Below, in pieces: positions 24,741 through 36,940 of a stretch of DNA of 64,000 nt. The stretch comes from Monocercomonoides exilis PA203 (taxonomy: Eukaryota; Protista; Preaxostyla). Every line of letters begins with the position of its first letter. Position 1 is the first letter of the stretch. Where the stretch lies: the NCBI GenBank assembly GCA_001643675.2, contig LSRY02000029.1, forward strand, positions 1 through 64,000, read 5' to 3'. Both the position numbers and the translations under genes were made by a program. Below the pieces are notes generated by a model. It was not told the DNA's origin and made no database searches. It was given only the letters and a program-made list of their open reading frames with translations.

Positions 24741-26033
24741 ATATCAAACCAAGAATAGCCGATCATTGGGTGCACAATCTTTAAAGATCGAATCTGACAT
24801 TTTTCATTTGGAAGTTGAAAGAATTCTCAGAAAACAGAAAGATCAAGGCAGAAGACAATATTTGGAATTAATGATTATATGGATGATCTTCGAGAGATCG
24901 CATTATAACATGCACCTTCAGTGAGCAATTGAAGATGAAACAGAGAAAGAAAGCAATTTTGAAGAAAAGGCATATTTGAAGGATAATTCTATGAGATGAG
25001 AGCTTCGAAAGCCAACAGGCAAGTTGGAATCAGTGAAACAAAAGAAACAGATATTTTTGAAGAGCTTGTTGATATGCTTGAAGAAATGCATGTTGAAGAG
25101 AAAAAATAGTGATTCCTTAGGAAACAAGTGGAATTTGCATTTGATGAAAAGGAGAAAATAGAAGAGGAAATATCGAAGAAATATTTATATTTGAGCTGAC
25201 GTTAAGTATTTTGGTAAAATTAAGTGATATGTTCTTCAGTTGAAGAAGCGATGAAGTCTCATGTATTTTTCTATGACATGGAAAATGGCGAAAATGAGAA
25301 AATGAAGGAAAGGAAAGAACGTAAGAAAAAGTTTATCATTTCCAGTGATTATGATGTCAACTGCGCTGAAAGTGAGAGGTTGAGTTGGAACAAATGTTGA
25401 GGAAAGGAGGGTGAGGGAGGCGTCTTGGAGGAGGGAATGAAGCCGTTGAGGGCAAACTCGATGGATGCGCATGGGGTCTGTTGGGGTCTGCCACAGGCAT
25501 CAGCATCGACATAACTTCCACCATTTGCAACGACTTTATTCTGGTCGATGAGGGGGAGCAAGCTATTGAACTCAGCTTTTCTAATTATCCACGATTTCGT
25601 TGAACGGTTGATGAAGCAATTGAACCGAATTAAAGGAAAGGACAATTGTTAGCTGTTCAAAGACGAAAAGAAAAAAGAGAAATAACTATTATTAGTAAAT
25701 TGGTTTCAATAATTTTGTTTTCTTATCGTTTTTTCGTTCTTATTTTAAATTTTTTCTTTTCAATGTTTTGTTTTTTCAGTTTAGAAATATCTATTTTCCT
25801 TTTAAAGATTGATTTTTCTTTTTTTTTTGAAACTTAATCAAAAATTTCTTTTTCACTAAAAACATAAAAAAGGTATGTTTTTTTGTTCTTATAAATTTTA
25901 CAAATATATGTGACAGAAATAAAAGCTAAATACTTGCAAAAAAACAAATTAACTCTTTGATCAATAAATACCACTATAGATTTATTTTTACAATTTTTGA
26001 TCTTTTTTTATGATATCAAAAAAAATCACCCAT
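21560..26033 (+). repeat. Segmental duplication, copy 1 (copy 2 at ~36941-40726)
   Basis: Colinear direct similarity through the pseudogene, the adhesin fragment and the AT-rich tail. Both copies end at AAAAAAAATCACCCAT. Confidence 0.85.
25340..25600 (-). pseudogene. Internal fragment of the beta-helix adhesin-like family
   Basis: LLPLIDQNKVVANGGSYVDADACGRPQQTPCASIEFAL matches WLPIIDQNKIVANGGSDVDACGKTQQSSCATVEYAL of the 51531-53102 ORF. Second copy at ~40035-40260. Confidence 0.75.
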
Positions 26034-27768
26034 GTCATAAAAAATTCCGACGTTTGATCAATAAATTATTTCATTAAGGGTGGAATTGATAAGAGAATTC
26101 TCAATTGAAATTACTTGAAAATGAAGTTTAATATATTATTATTATTATTATTTTGTTGTTTTTAATTTGGTTTTAATTGTTTTAATTATGAAATTAGAAA
26201 AAAAACATAAAAAAGCATTTAAAAATTTAGAAAATTCAATGAATAAAACAAAACTTTTGTTTTCTGGCTTAAAAAGCATGATAACAATAATTACGATTAC
26301 GTAATAAATTAATTTCATATACAAATATTTGATAAACGATGTTATTGAAAAAGAACAGAATAAGATAAGTTGAAATCGATAAATTTTAAATGAAAACATT
26401 CAATTTTCAAGTATTTCATCAGCTGAATCGCTAACCTTCCTTTTAAAAAGTCATTTCTCCATCAAATGTATCGAATTCCCTTCCTTCAGAAAAATGTGAG
26501 ATTCATGCACTTTGCTCAATTCCATCTTTCTCATTGAAAAATATCCTTGTTTTTCGTATGAAAATATCATCTCCCATTTCCTTCCCAATCACTTCACCCT
26601 GGGCACTTTCCATATGTATTCGCTCTCCCAACTCGATGGTCACCCTGCACAACGAGATATAAACATTTCATTCATTTTCATTCATTTCCACCTCCTGCCC
26701 TGAAAACAACACAAAAACAGTCAACAGGTTAATATTCATATAAATAAAATAAATAAAGACCAAACTGCTCTTCGACTGTTTTTTGCCAAGCACACTCATT
26801 TCCACAGCCATCATCGTTCAAAATAATTCAATCTCTTCATTTCAGTCTCAGAATGGTTGAATACAGCATTGCATCCTTCTTCACAAAATATATCGTGTAT
26901 CTCACTGGAGGGTCTTTTCAATTCATTCACATTGTGGTGGATGTGCAGAGGTGTTTTTTCTATTTTTGGCATGATCATCTCCTTTAATAATACAGTCTGT
27001 CCGTAATTAATGTTGATCTGTCCAAAAATAATGTTGATCATACCGTAAAGTTAAAAAATAATTGCAGAGCCATTATTAATAGAGAATAAAAACAAAAAAA
27101 GAAGTGTTAACAAACTGGTTCCTTTTTAATTGTTTCTTTTAAATGATTGACATTTGAGATACAATTAATGGAAATACACACGATGCATTCACGTTTGCGT
27201 TTCATTTTGATTGTTCCTTTGTGATCTGAGTTTGATTGTGTTTCTTTTTTTATTTCTTGATCTTTCAATAACCTTCAGTTTCTAAGAGCAGGATATAATT
27301 AATTTGTTATTGTGTTTAGTTTCAAACTTCTTGAATGCGGAAAAAGCTTGAATTTATGATAATATTGAAATCATTTTGTATCATATTTCATTTTATGGTT
27401 CGAAATCAATAATCTATTGTTTTTCTTTGTTAATTTGCAACATGAAAGATGCCCTAAAGATTTTTATTTATCGTTTATGATTTTTATTCAAGAATTGCTT
27501 TATTTTTAAAGAATATTCACATTCACTATTTTTGTTTGAAAATTTTATCATAGGAATATGTCTGACTTTATTTCGATTTATAAATAGAGAAACATATAAC
27601 TTAAAAAAACTTTTTCATCATTTTCATTTTTTATTCAATCATTTTTTTAAACTTCAAAACAAAACAAAGAATATTCATGATTATTATTTTTTCTTTTATT
27701 TCATAAGTGAATATTGAAAATGTTTAAACTTGTTGAAATGAAAAAAGTCAAATATTGTGAGTTAAACA

Positions 27769-28945
27769 TTACAAATCCTTTTTTTCCAAAACCAAAGGCC
27801 ACACATCGTTTTCCACATGCATAATTGTTTTTCTAACAACGCTTGCTGAAATTTTCTGAAAAGTTTGAAGCATTGTAGATATAAAATGAGACTCATCCTC
27901 CCATTTCAACGAGTTTTCTTCGACTTGGGCTTTCCAGATTCCGAAAATGTTTTCGATAGGATTTAGATCAGGGGAGTAAGCAGCATTAAACAGAACCTTG
28001 TGTCCAGACTGTAAAATTATTTCATCAGTATTCACATGATGAATCGACGTATTGTCCACGACAATAACTGAAGATTCAAATGATTTTATGGATAGCAAGA
28101 ATCTTTTCAAATACGCTTCAAATAGTTCGTGGTTTATTGTTCCTCGAACCACTTCTGTGTATCCCATTCCGTTCATTGAAATTGAAGTGATGGAAGTGAT
28201 AGATTGAAACAAAGGAGGAGGAGGAACAAGCACTTTATCCACCTTTTCTGACCATCCGTACTTTCTAATGCAGCATATGTTCCAAAAAGTCTCGTCAATA
28301 AAAAAAAGGAACAGCACCATCTTGCTGATATTGGAAAAGCTTCTCCACAAAGTGGATTCTTTAAAGTTTATTTTCTTCAGAATTGACAGCTGACGGTCGC
28401 ACAGTAATTCTTTTAAAAGAAAACAACGGAAACTTGTGTGTCTCGCTGTTTTTTTCTGTCAAAATTTTATGAACTGAAGATTTTCCAATTGAATGGCCTG
28501 CATTTGTCATTTCGTGTGCAACTTTTCTCAAAGTTAAAAGCGGGTTAAGTTTCATTTTTTCTCTAACTATTTGATTCAAAGTGTCCTTATCGACTATTCT
28601 TTTCCTTCCTCTTTTTTTAAACGGTTGTGTAATGTCCACACCAACTTGCAACTTTGATAAATACCTAGCAGTTGTAATTGTAGTGAGCAAGCATTCTTTG
28701 GCATACCAGGATTCTGTCTTTGTCTGACCATGAACACGAAACAAATCCGTAAGCTTTCTTCTTTTTTCCAACGTAGCTGGAGTGTAGGGTTTTTTGTTGA
28801 TAAACGTTTCAGAATCATTAGCTTTCTGTATTTGTTAGCTTTTTTGTGCTTCTGTTTCTTTTTTCTTCAATTCTGCTCTCATACGAATCACATGGTGAAT
28901 ACTGTCTTCCAGGGGATGAGTGAAGGGCATTATAACTGGCCTGAC
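27769..28945 (-). pseudogene. Tc1/IS630-family DDE transposase (33 residues between second D and E), disrupted
   Basis: FIDET, VVDNTSIHH, AAYSPDLNPIENIFG, HTH region RGRKR...LTLRKVA. In-frame TAA at 28835-37 and 28361-63, a poly-T frameshift near 28300, and an N-terminus split by the hAT (frame resumes beyond 35843). Confidence 0.9.
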
Positions 28946-31900
28946 TAAGCCTGTCTGACCTGACAAATCATTTTATGACTCGTCCGTCACAAAAAAAAAA
29001 AAAAAAAAAAATGATCATAAAGTTTCTGAGAGTTATTGATAACTCGTAAAAGTTTGATAACTAAAAATTATTCTATCCAAATAGGCCCATTTTAATATAT
29101 TCACTGAAAATTCAAGCTGTTTCTTCTTATCTATTGTTGTTCAAAATCATGCAAAAATGTCTGTGTCCTACGAACGCATTTTTTTTTGGGATTGTCACAA
29201 TCTTATTTATAAAAAATTTTGCAGTTTTAAAGATATGGAGGAGAAATAGCTTTTTCTTTCATTTAAGTGGCAGGATTGATCTCTCAGATTAGTGATAAGC
29301 TTCTTGCGCATTTCTTTTATTTTCAAGTTGTTAATGTTTGCTGAATAAGTTTTATTTATTGTTGTGATCCACTCTTTTTGTTTAACATATTTTCAATGAA
29401 GTTTCAACATGCAGCGAACAACATTTTGATTTTCAAAACTGGGTTTCTTTATCATTCCACAAACTTATACAAACAAGCAGTGTAATTTTTGTGAATCATT
29501 TGTTTGTTTTGTATATGATTTCTTTCATTAACGTAATTATTTCATTTTTATTTAATTCCTTTTCTTATTCACAAATTAGTCTTTGAAAAGAAAAATCAAA
29601 TATCAAAAATTTAAAATGTATTTATTGAGAAAAAGAGTTTGAGAAAGTTTTTGATTAATATTTGTACCACATAATTTTTTCATTTATTTCGTTTGATTGG
29701 ACGTAACATTGAATGTCAAAAAATCATGAATTTATAAAGTTACATCATTCATGAAATTGTTGTTCAAAATTATTTGATTGACGCTTTTGAAGAAGCTCTG
29801 GGAGAAACTCTCGATGTTGCAATTAGAGGTGAAAGAGATCATGCAATTCATTCAGATTCTTTGAACACAAGAATTTACAAAGAGAAACAGCAGTGATTGT
29901 GTAACAACAAGATGAGAAGATACGAAGGTTTTGGGAGCTATCAAGAAAACGATCAACAGCAATTGTTAACGTTCAACAACAATCAGCATACAAAGAAGAT
30001 AACAGAAATGCTGAAACATCCGTTGCTGAAATAGGGTTATATTAAAAAGACGTAGATAACAACGGTTAAAATGAAAAAAAAAACACTAATGAATAGAGAG
30101 TGCTTCTTCAATATTGTTTACATATTTTATTCTTGCTGAAGTCTCGGCCTATTTAACCTCTATTGAACTTTCATTATCCAGAGCAAAAGGAAGAATTTCC
30201 GAAAGAATATGTTAAAATAAAGAGTCAAAAAAGTTGTATCGATCAGAAACAGAATTTATTCAGCAGTGTGGGAATAAGGCACTAATGGATATATACTCTT
30301 TGCATCACTTCGTAATAAAAAAGGGAATAACCTTTATTAAGACCGTTATAATCGAGATTTTTATCCGCACATGCAATGATTGCTATTAAAAGATTTTGAT
30401 AGTCTTCGATCCAATATGAAGACTGTGCGGAAGATAACATGTTGCACATTCTGATAACCGACGGAAAGAAACTTGCAAATTCAGCTTTCAGTAAATGGTT
30501 TATGCTTTCATCACCGAATGCCTTGACTTATTCTTTGTCTTCGCCAATATCAACTGTAACTTCATCGGCCTCTTCTCAACTGCCATCATCTCCAACAGAA
30601 CATCGCTCCATTTGCATTTAACGTGCACATTTGAACGAAGAGAAATGCCGAGCTGCCTCGTGAATATCTATGAATCGATAACATGTCCGAAGGCAGTATT
30701 TCCAACGAATGAAAGATGGAAGGAGAGAAGACAAGTCATCAAAAGATACAAAAATTTCGTGAATGATGATGTTGCAAACGAAGTTCTGCAATAGATAATC
30801 ATCAATGAAGAGGAAAGGCTGCTTTGGACCATTCAAAGAAAATAGAAGGCGTTTTTTGACAATGAAATAATTAATCAACAATGACCTAATTAAATACAAT
30901 CAGAGTTGAAGAAGTGCCTCAAGCAACAGCGGTTGCTAAAAAATGAATTATTTGACATCATCAAAGGAAACAAACGATTATTCATTCATCTTAGGCCTCT
31001 GTGTTTGGAAGAATCGTACAAATATAAAAATGACATTTACGCAGAACTTGTTGATCTGAAGCTTGAAAAGAAAACATAAACATTTTTCCAGAGCAATTGC
31101 CTCATTCACAGATTCAATAGAAATTTATTCTGCTTTTAATATTTCTTCTTCTTCTTCTCAATTGGGCTCTCCTTTCCATTTTTTTACTCTCCTATCAAGC
31201 CCTCCATTCACACTTGACTTCTCCTTCCTCTTCAATCCTTTTCCTTTGCATGCCCTCATCTATGCAACCACTCAAAATAAGTTGAACGAACTAAGATCTG
31301 TCTCTTTCATCTTCTTCACAAAGAATGAACAATCCAGAGATTTTCCCCCTTCTTTCTCGCTATTACCGACCAGTTGCTCTCTGATCATGTCTCTTCTTCT
31401 TCTTCTTCTTCTTCCTCATCATTATCACCATATTCTTCTTCTTCCTCATCATTGTAACTATCTTCTTCTTCTTCGTTCTCTTCTCTTCTCCAATGCTTCA
31501 ACATCTCATTCTCTAATCGTCCTTCTCCTTCTGATTCTTTCTTGAACTTTCCTGACTCTCCTGTTTCTCTTCCTCATTTGAATGTTTTGAAGGAAGATAA
31601 ACAAAAAAAAAAAAAGAAGTTATTTCTACTTCTTCTTCTTAATCCTCAAAGCCATCCTTATTTCTGTATCTTCACTCAAAGTGAAAGTTCGCACTTTGTC
31701 AGCTTCAGCACCGCTCTTTCACAAAACAGACGGGTCCTCCTTATATGTTCCTCTCATCTTCTCTTTTTCTTCTTCATGACCATCTCCAGGCACTTCCCAT
31801 ATCTCTTTCCTTTTTTTCATTTCCAAAGCCCTCTCATCATTTCTGTCCTCTCTCACTTGATCCTCTCTGATCATTAAACATTCATCTCCGTCTTCAAAAT

Positions 31901-34900
31901 TTTTCTAACATTTTCTTAATCCTTCTATGACCTCATCAACAGCTATTCTTAAATACTTGTCTGTCGCTTCTCTCTAACTGTCTTATGCACTTGAAATCTT
32001 TTGTAGAATTCCATCAACCAACAAAGCACATCACAATTCAATTTCTGCGGTTTGCTGCAAGCTCTATGCTTTTGCCACATCTGCTTCCTCTTTTACAAAC
32101 CTCAGCCCAGCAAGTCATGCACCTCAACAACAAGTTGATCTTTGCTTTTTCCAGTTGCGTCAGATTCAGTTTGATTCTTTCTATAAACTACCTTATTTCT
32201 TTCGGAAAGACACCTTTTTCATCATTCCCCTTTCTCCTTCCTCTGCCTCTTCTCGCTCCACCAACACCTTCAGTGCAATTGCTTCAAAAAACAGAATCAC
32301 ATCCATTATCCTCAACGTTGCAACCCAAAGCGCCTTTGCCACAATCTCCATTGCTACTCATGTTGTTGCATTTCCCATCTATTCTTTTTTCAATGTCTTT
32401 CTTTGCACAATAGTTTAATTTTCCAGCTTTAGAACAGTATTCGATATAAAATGATATTTTATTATCTGCCTATCATAAACATAAATCAAGAGCAGTTGAT
32501 ATAATCGATTTTTATATTCATCGCATTGCTTTCCTTTCATACAATCACACACCACTGAACTATTTTCATATAAAATCAGATGTTCTAGTATTGCAGAAAT
32601 AACAGTTGTTTTTTTAGGAATTCAATTTTTGATTTTCATTAAATGATATGCAAAACAACTCAATCACCTGAATGAGGTGTAAAAATTACAAACGATGGTT
32701 ACTTGATTTCAAAACGAATGATTTGTAAATGTTATTCACAAGAGAAGCAACGAATTTAGCGAATCAAAGGAAAGCGAATGTCTATGATCACCGACGATTC
32801 GCTTTAATCTTGAAAAAAGTCGTTCACAGGCGGATTCGCTACAAGGAGATGTTGCAATGCAAAAACAAATGTTGGCACAAACTGTTTCCGCTTCACCAAG
32901 CGATGCAATATGACTGTAGTATACCGGTAAACTCTCAAGGACACCAACTGATGTTGCAGTAAGTGTGTGAGCTTTAAATAACGATGCGAATTTTTCTCTA
33001 GTTTCCTCAGTTAACTGCCCCAATGAATTTTTGATAAAAGAATATAATGATTTAAATATTCTGAAATACCAATTTGATGCAATTGACGTCCTAATTGAAT
33101 CGACAGCTTCATTTTCCTTCCTCTTTGTAATTTCGTGAATAACTTGAAGTTTTTTATTTGTGCCTGCAAAAATCACATCATCTTCGTCTTCATGGGAAAC
33201 ATCTTTGCAGAAGTCGCTTATGGCATGATAATCCGATTCGTCACTGAGCGTTTCTTGAGAAGATATAAGAGAAGATCTTGTTTCAACAAGGGTTGAAGCT
33301 TCATCATTTAATATTTCATCATATTCGTCATTTTCTGATTGCTCCTCTGCCTCGGTAAGTCCAAGATAATCTGCTGTATTTTCTTTTTCTGAAAAAATAG
33401 CTTCTTCTCGCATATGTGAAAAAGAAATTTCTTTCTTCTCAAATAGTGAAACAATTAACAAGAGATCTTCAATTTCTTTCTGGATGTGCTTCGATGATGA
33501 TGTTACGGAATCTTGCTCTTCCTCAATTTGTTGCTTGTTCGAACTCGGGTGGACATACTCGGTTGATGATTCGTCTCTCAAAATCGTTGATAATGCCTTT
33601 TGAAATCTTCTCACAGACAAGGGAAAAGCTGTTGTATCTTTATCTTCTGCAAAGGTCCTGCCGACATACGTTTCTTTATTCTGTGGTGATGAGTCAATAG
33701 ACGATGATGATGCTCGGCCTAGAAAACAGTTGCAAGAAAAAAATATTTGAAATATAAAAAATATTGAGAAAAAGAAATAAACAATTGTTAGCATGATTGA
33801 ACTTTTTGTGCAAACTGTCTTTTTTCTTGTCTTCTGAATGAAAAAACATACGACAAAAATCATCACTGATAAGTTTATTCTTTCCTTCTGGTGTTAATGC
33901 ATAAGCGAGTGCAATGAGATCACCTCTTTAGCCTTCCAAAGTGTAGTTGAACAGATATATCCAAACGTTCACAATTGCATTATGCCAATGATCGGAACGA
34001 AATGTGCTTAATTCTAGAAGGTTATTGAAAAAAGACATTGCCTCCAGAATTTTTGGAAAAACATTTCCAAGCTTGCTGTTGTCATCTTCAAAAAACAAAT
34101 GCAACTTTTTAAAGGGAATAACAAAATTTCTGCTTTTATTACATTAATAATACTCTGGCTGTCCATCAGCTTCGATTCCAATATAATTTCTCTGTTTTTC
34201 CTTATGAACAAGCAAATATCTGTCAGGCACAACCATCTCGTAAGTATGAATGTTGGGCATTTTGTAGGTAACATCCGTTGTATTGATGAGCTCCTTGATA
34301 ATTTTGAGAACTCAATAAAAATATCCTTGATTGATTTTAGAAATGGGACTTCTTGAAAAGAATGTGTGATTGTTAAGTTGATTAAATGATTAAAACAATA
34401 GACATGAAAAGGTTTGACATAAAAGTTCAATAAATCGATTTCTCTATCAGAATCGTGTGGTAAATCTTGAAACGCTTTTTTTTGAGCTGCCAAGCCGTCA
34501 CTACAAATGCTTCTGACTTCACCTCCGCATTTTGCAATCTCCGAAATGCACATTTCAGCAAGATTTTTATAATCATCAGAAGAATGACATGCTGGTTGAA
34601 GGCTCCAAAATCCAGGAGTTGATTTTTCTGCATGAATAAGATATGAAATAATGGTGCACTTTTTATTTGCGATTTTCCCTCCATCGATCATCAAAGCTAT
34701 GTATTTGTCCTTTATTAATCTGGATCTTTCTCGAATTGCTGTTGCCTTCTTTTCGCTTATTAGTCTTTTTATTTTCCACTTTGATAAATACGGAAATATT
34801 TCTGTATATTCAGCAGTCGGATTTGTTTGTGCTTTTTGAATCAAACTCTTCACAAATGAGTTGAACTCAGATGACCCCGCTGACAAGAACGATATATTGC

Positions 34901-35835
34901 ATCTGGAAACTAAATCTAAAAATTGATCTGTCAATTGTTTGTTGTCTTTAAAAGACTGGTTGTGCTCTTTAATAGAAATAATGGTTTGTCGAACTTCTTT
35001 TTGTTTTTTATTGATCCAAAAGTCCAACGTTGTTGACAACAATGCACATTTGTGTTGTTTGACTGCAGCTGAAGTTTCTCTGCCTGAACATCCGCATGCA
35101 TATCCCTTCTTTTCGTTGGGACACAAAAACATTCTGTGCCCATCAGCTTTTGTTTTGAAATCTGATTTAACCCGATAGTAGCAAATCCATAAGAGATCAT
35201 TTTGAATTTTAAAATGAATTTGAGACATGATTTCTTCTGGTCTATTTGGATGCTTGAAGCCTGTGGCAATGAGTTTATTTAATGGATAAAAGAAATGATA
35301 AATCTTTATTATTTTTTACAAAAATGGATCATTCAAACATTGAACGTCCTCATTTGTTGAGACTAATTCCAACCGAACAAAGCCACAATTCGCTTTATCC
35401 AACTCGTCCATTTTCTGTTCAAAAGCATTTCTCTCGAGATCATAATTAAAAAAAATAATAATGTGAAGAATTCCATGATTGCTATTATCGCACACGATTG
35501 AAATGTCCTCTAATGATTTTTGGAGTCCAATGGTAGGTTCTTTTATAAGTAACGAACGATCATCAGCCATTGAGACGGAAAAATGAGTTGATTTATGTTT
35601 TTAAATCTATTATATATCCGCAACTGACACTTTGTAACAAGTATGATCAATATTTGACAAAAATTTTTTCAATTCAGTAAATTATTGTATGCATTTCATT
35701 TAACATTCCATTTTGTTTTTTCATTGAAATGGAAATATATTTGAATATAATATGGGAAATGACAGGTCAAAATGACTCGTCCGTCAATTTTGTCACTGAC
35801 CCAAAAAAAAAAACTTGTCAGGTCAGACAGGCTTA
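28946..35835 (-). mobile_element. hAT transposon (6.9 kb) nested in the Tc1-like element
   Basis: Perfect 21-bp TIR TAAGCCTGTCTGACCTGACAA (28946-28966; 35815-35835). Perfect 8-bp TSD GGCCTGAC (28938-28945; 35836-35843). Confidence 0.97.
32736..35570 (-). pseudogene. hAT transposase (multi-exon, frameshifted)
   Basis: LMIDGG, ICSDG, HVYCFNHLINL (CxxH), TRWLCL, and C-terminal dimerisation motif SPCSESACERLFSRLKRIVGDHRHSL. Frameshifts near 34030-34105 and TAA at 33928-30. Confidence 0.92.
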
Positions 35836-36940
35836 GGCCTGACACTATATTCTTCTGCAGTTGGTACATTTTGAGTGGTTAAAAATTTTTTTTGTGTTGT
35901 TCGTGCATCCAATAAATAAATATTGCTCATAAAGATATTTTTTCACTGTTATTATCAGATATTAAGGTTTTATAAATTTAACACAATTGAAGGTTTGATC
36001 AACATTATTTTTGGACAGATCAACATTAATTACGGACAAACTGTATTCTCAACTATCCAAAGCAATGTTCGATGTTTATCTCATCAACGCCCTGCACATG
36101 AGGGATATGGGGCAGAGAAGAGATGAAAGAATATTATTTGTGGGAGAGGGTGGAAGTTGAGTATTTTTTGGAATGTTAATATTTCGAGAGGGGTTTTTGA
36201 ATGAATGAAATTCTGAGGCAAAGGGGAGGGGAAGGGTGGGTGGAGATTTTGAGAAGATTATATAGCAAATATGTAGAGAAGTTGCTGAGGATGGTGGGGA
36301 AGGTATTTATTGTTGATTGGAGAAATAGAATTTGAAGAGAAGGAAAAGACGGAAAAAGCGGGACAGAAGAAGAATATTCTGAAACGTTCAAATGGAAGAG
36401 GGGTATTTTTTTTTTATGAGAAGAAAAGATTTTATGGAAGAGAATGTGAAAGATGAAGAAAATGAGAGGATTGTTTTTTTCAGATAATAGTGAGAGCTGA
36501 ATGGAAGAGGAAAAATGGAAAGGAATGAAAATTGAGAAAAATCATTATAACTTATTTTTGTGGAGAAAGGCAGGGATGCAGCAAAAAGGCAGACAATGAA
36601 CTGAGGATATCATTTTTCATTTTTTAATTTCATTCAGCTTACCAAAATTATGTTCTAACGATTGTTTGCTCTTTGTCAAATCAACTCATCTAATTCAATA
36701 TTCTGTCCAATAAACGACTTCATTCATATTATTCTCGGCATCATAAATATCTTTCGACTGATTTCACATTTCTCAACTGTTTCTTTTTCTTCGCCTTCAT
36801 CTTCGTCTTCGCCTTCTTTTATTTCTTCATCATCCTCCTCCTCCTCTTCTTCTTCTTCTTCACCTTCTTCTTCTTCTTCAACATCGTCATCAAAAACAGC
36901 AGCAGTCAAATTCTACAAGAAAGAAAACGTAAATAACGAT

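Larger units (their letters stand above)
26993..36043 (-). mobile_element. Tc1/IS630-like transposon (~2.15 kb of own sequence) interrupted by a hAT
   Basis: 48-bp TIRs 26993-27040 and 35996-36043 (CAGTCTGTCCGTAATTAATGTTGATC..., 1 mismatch), each flanked by TA. Confidence 0.95.
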
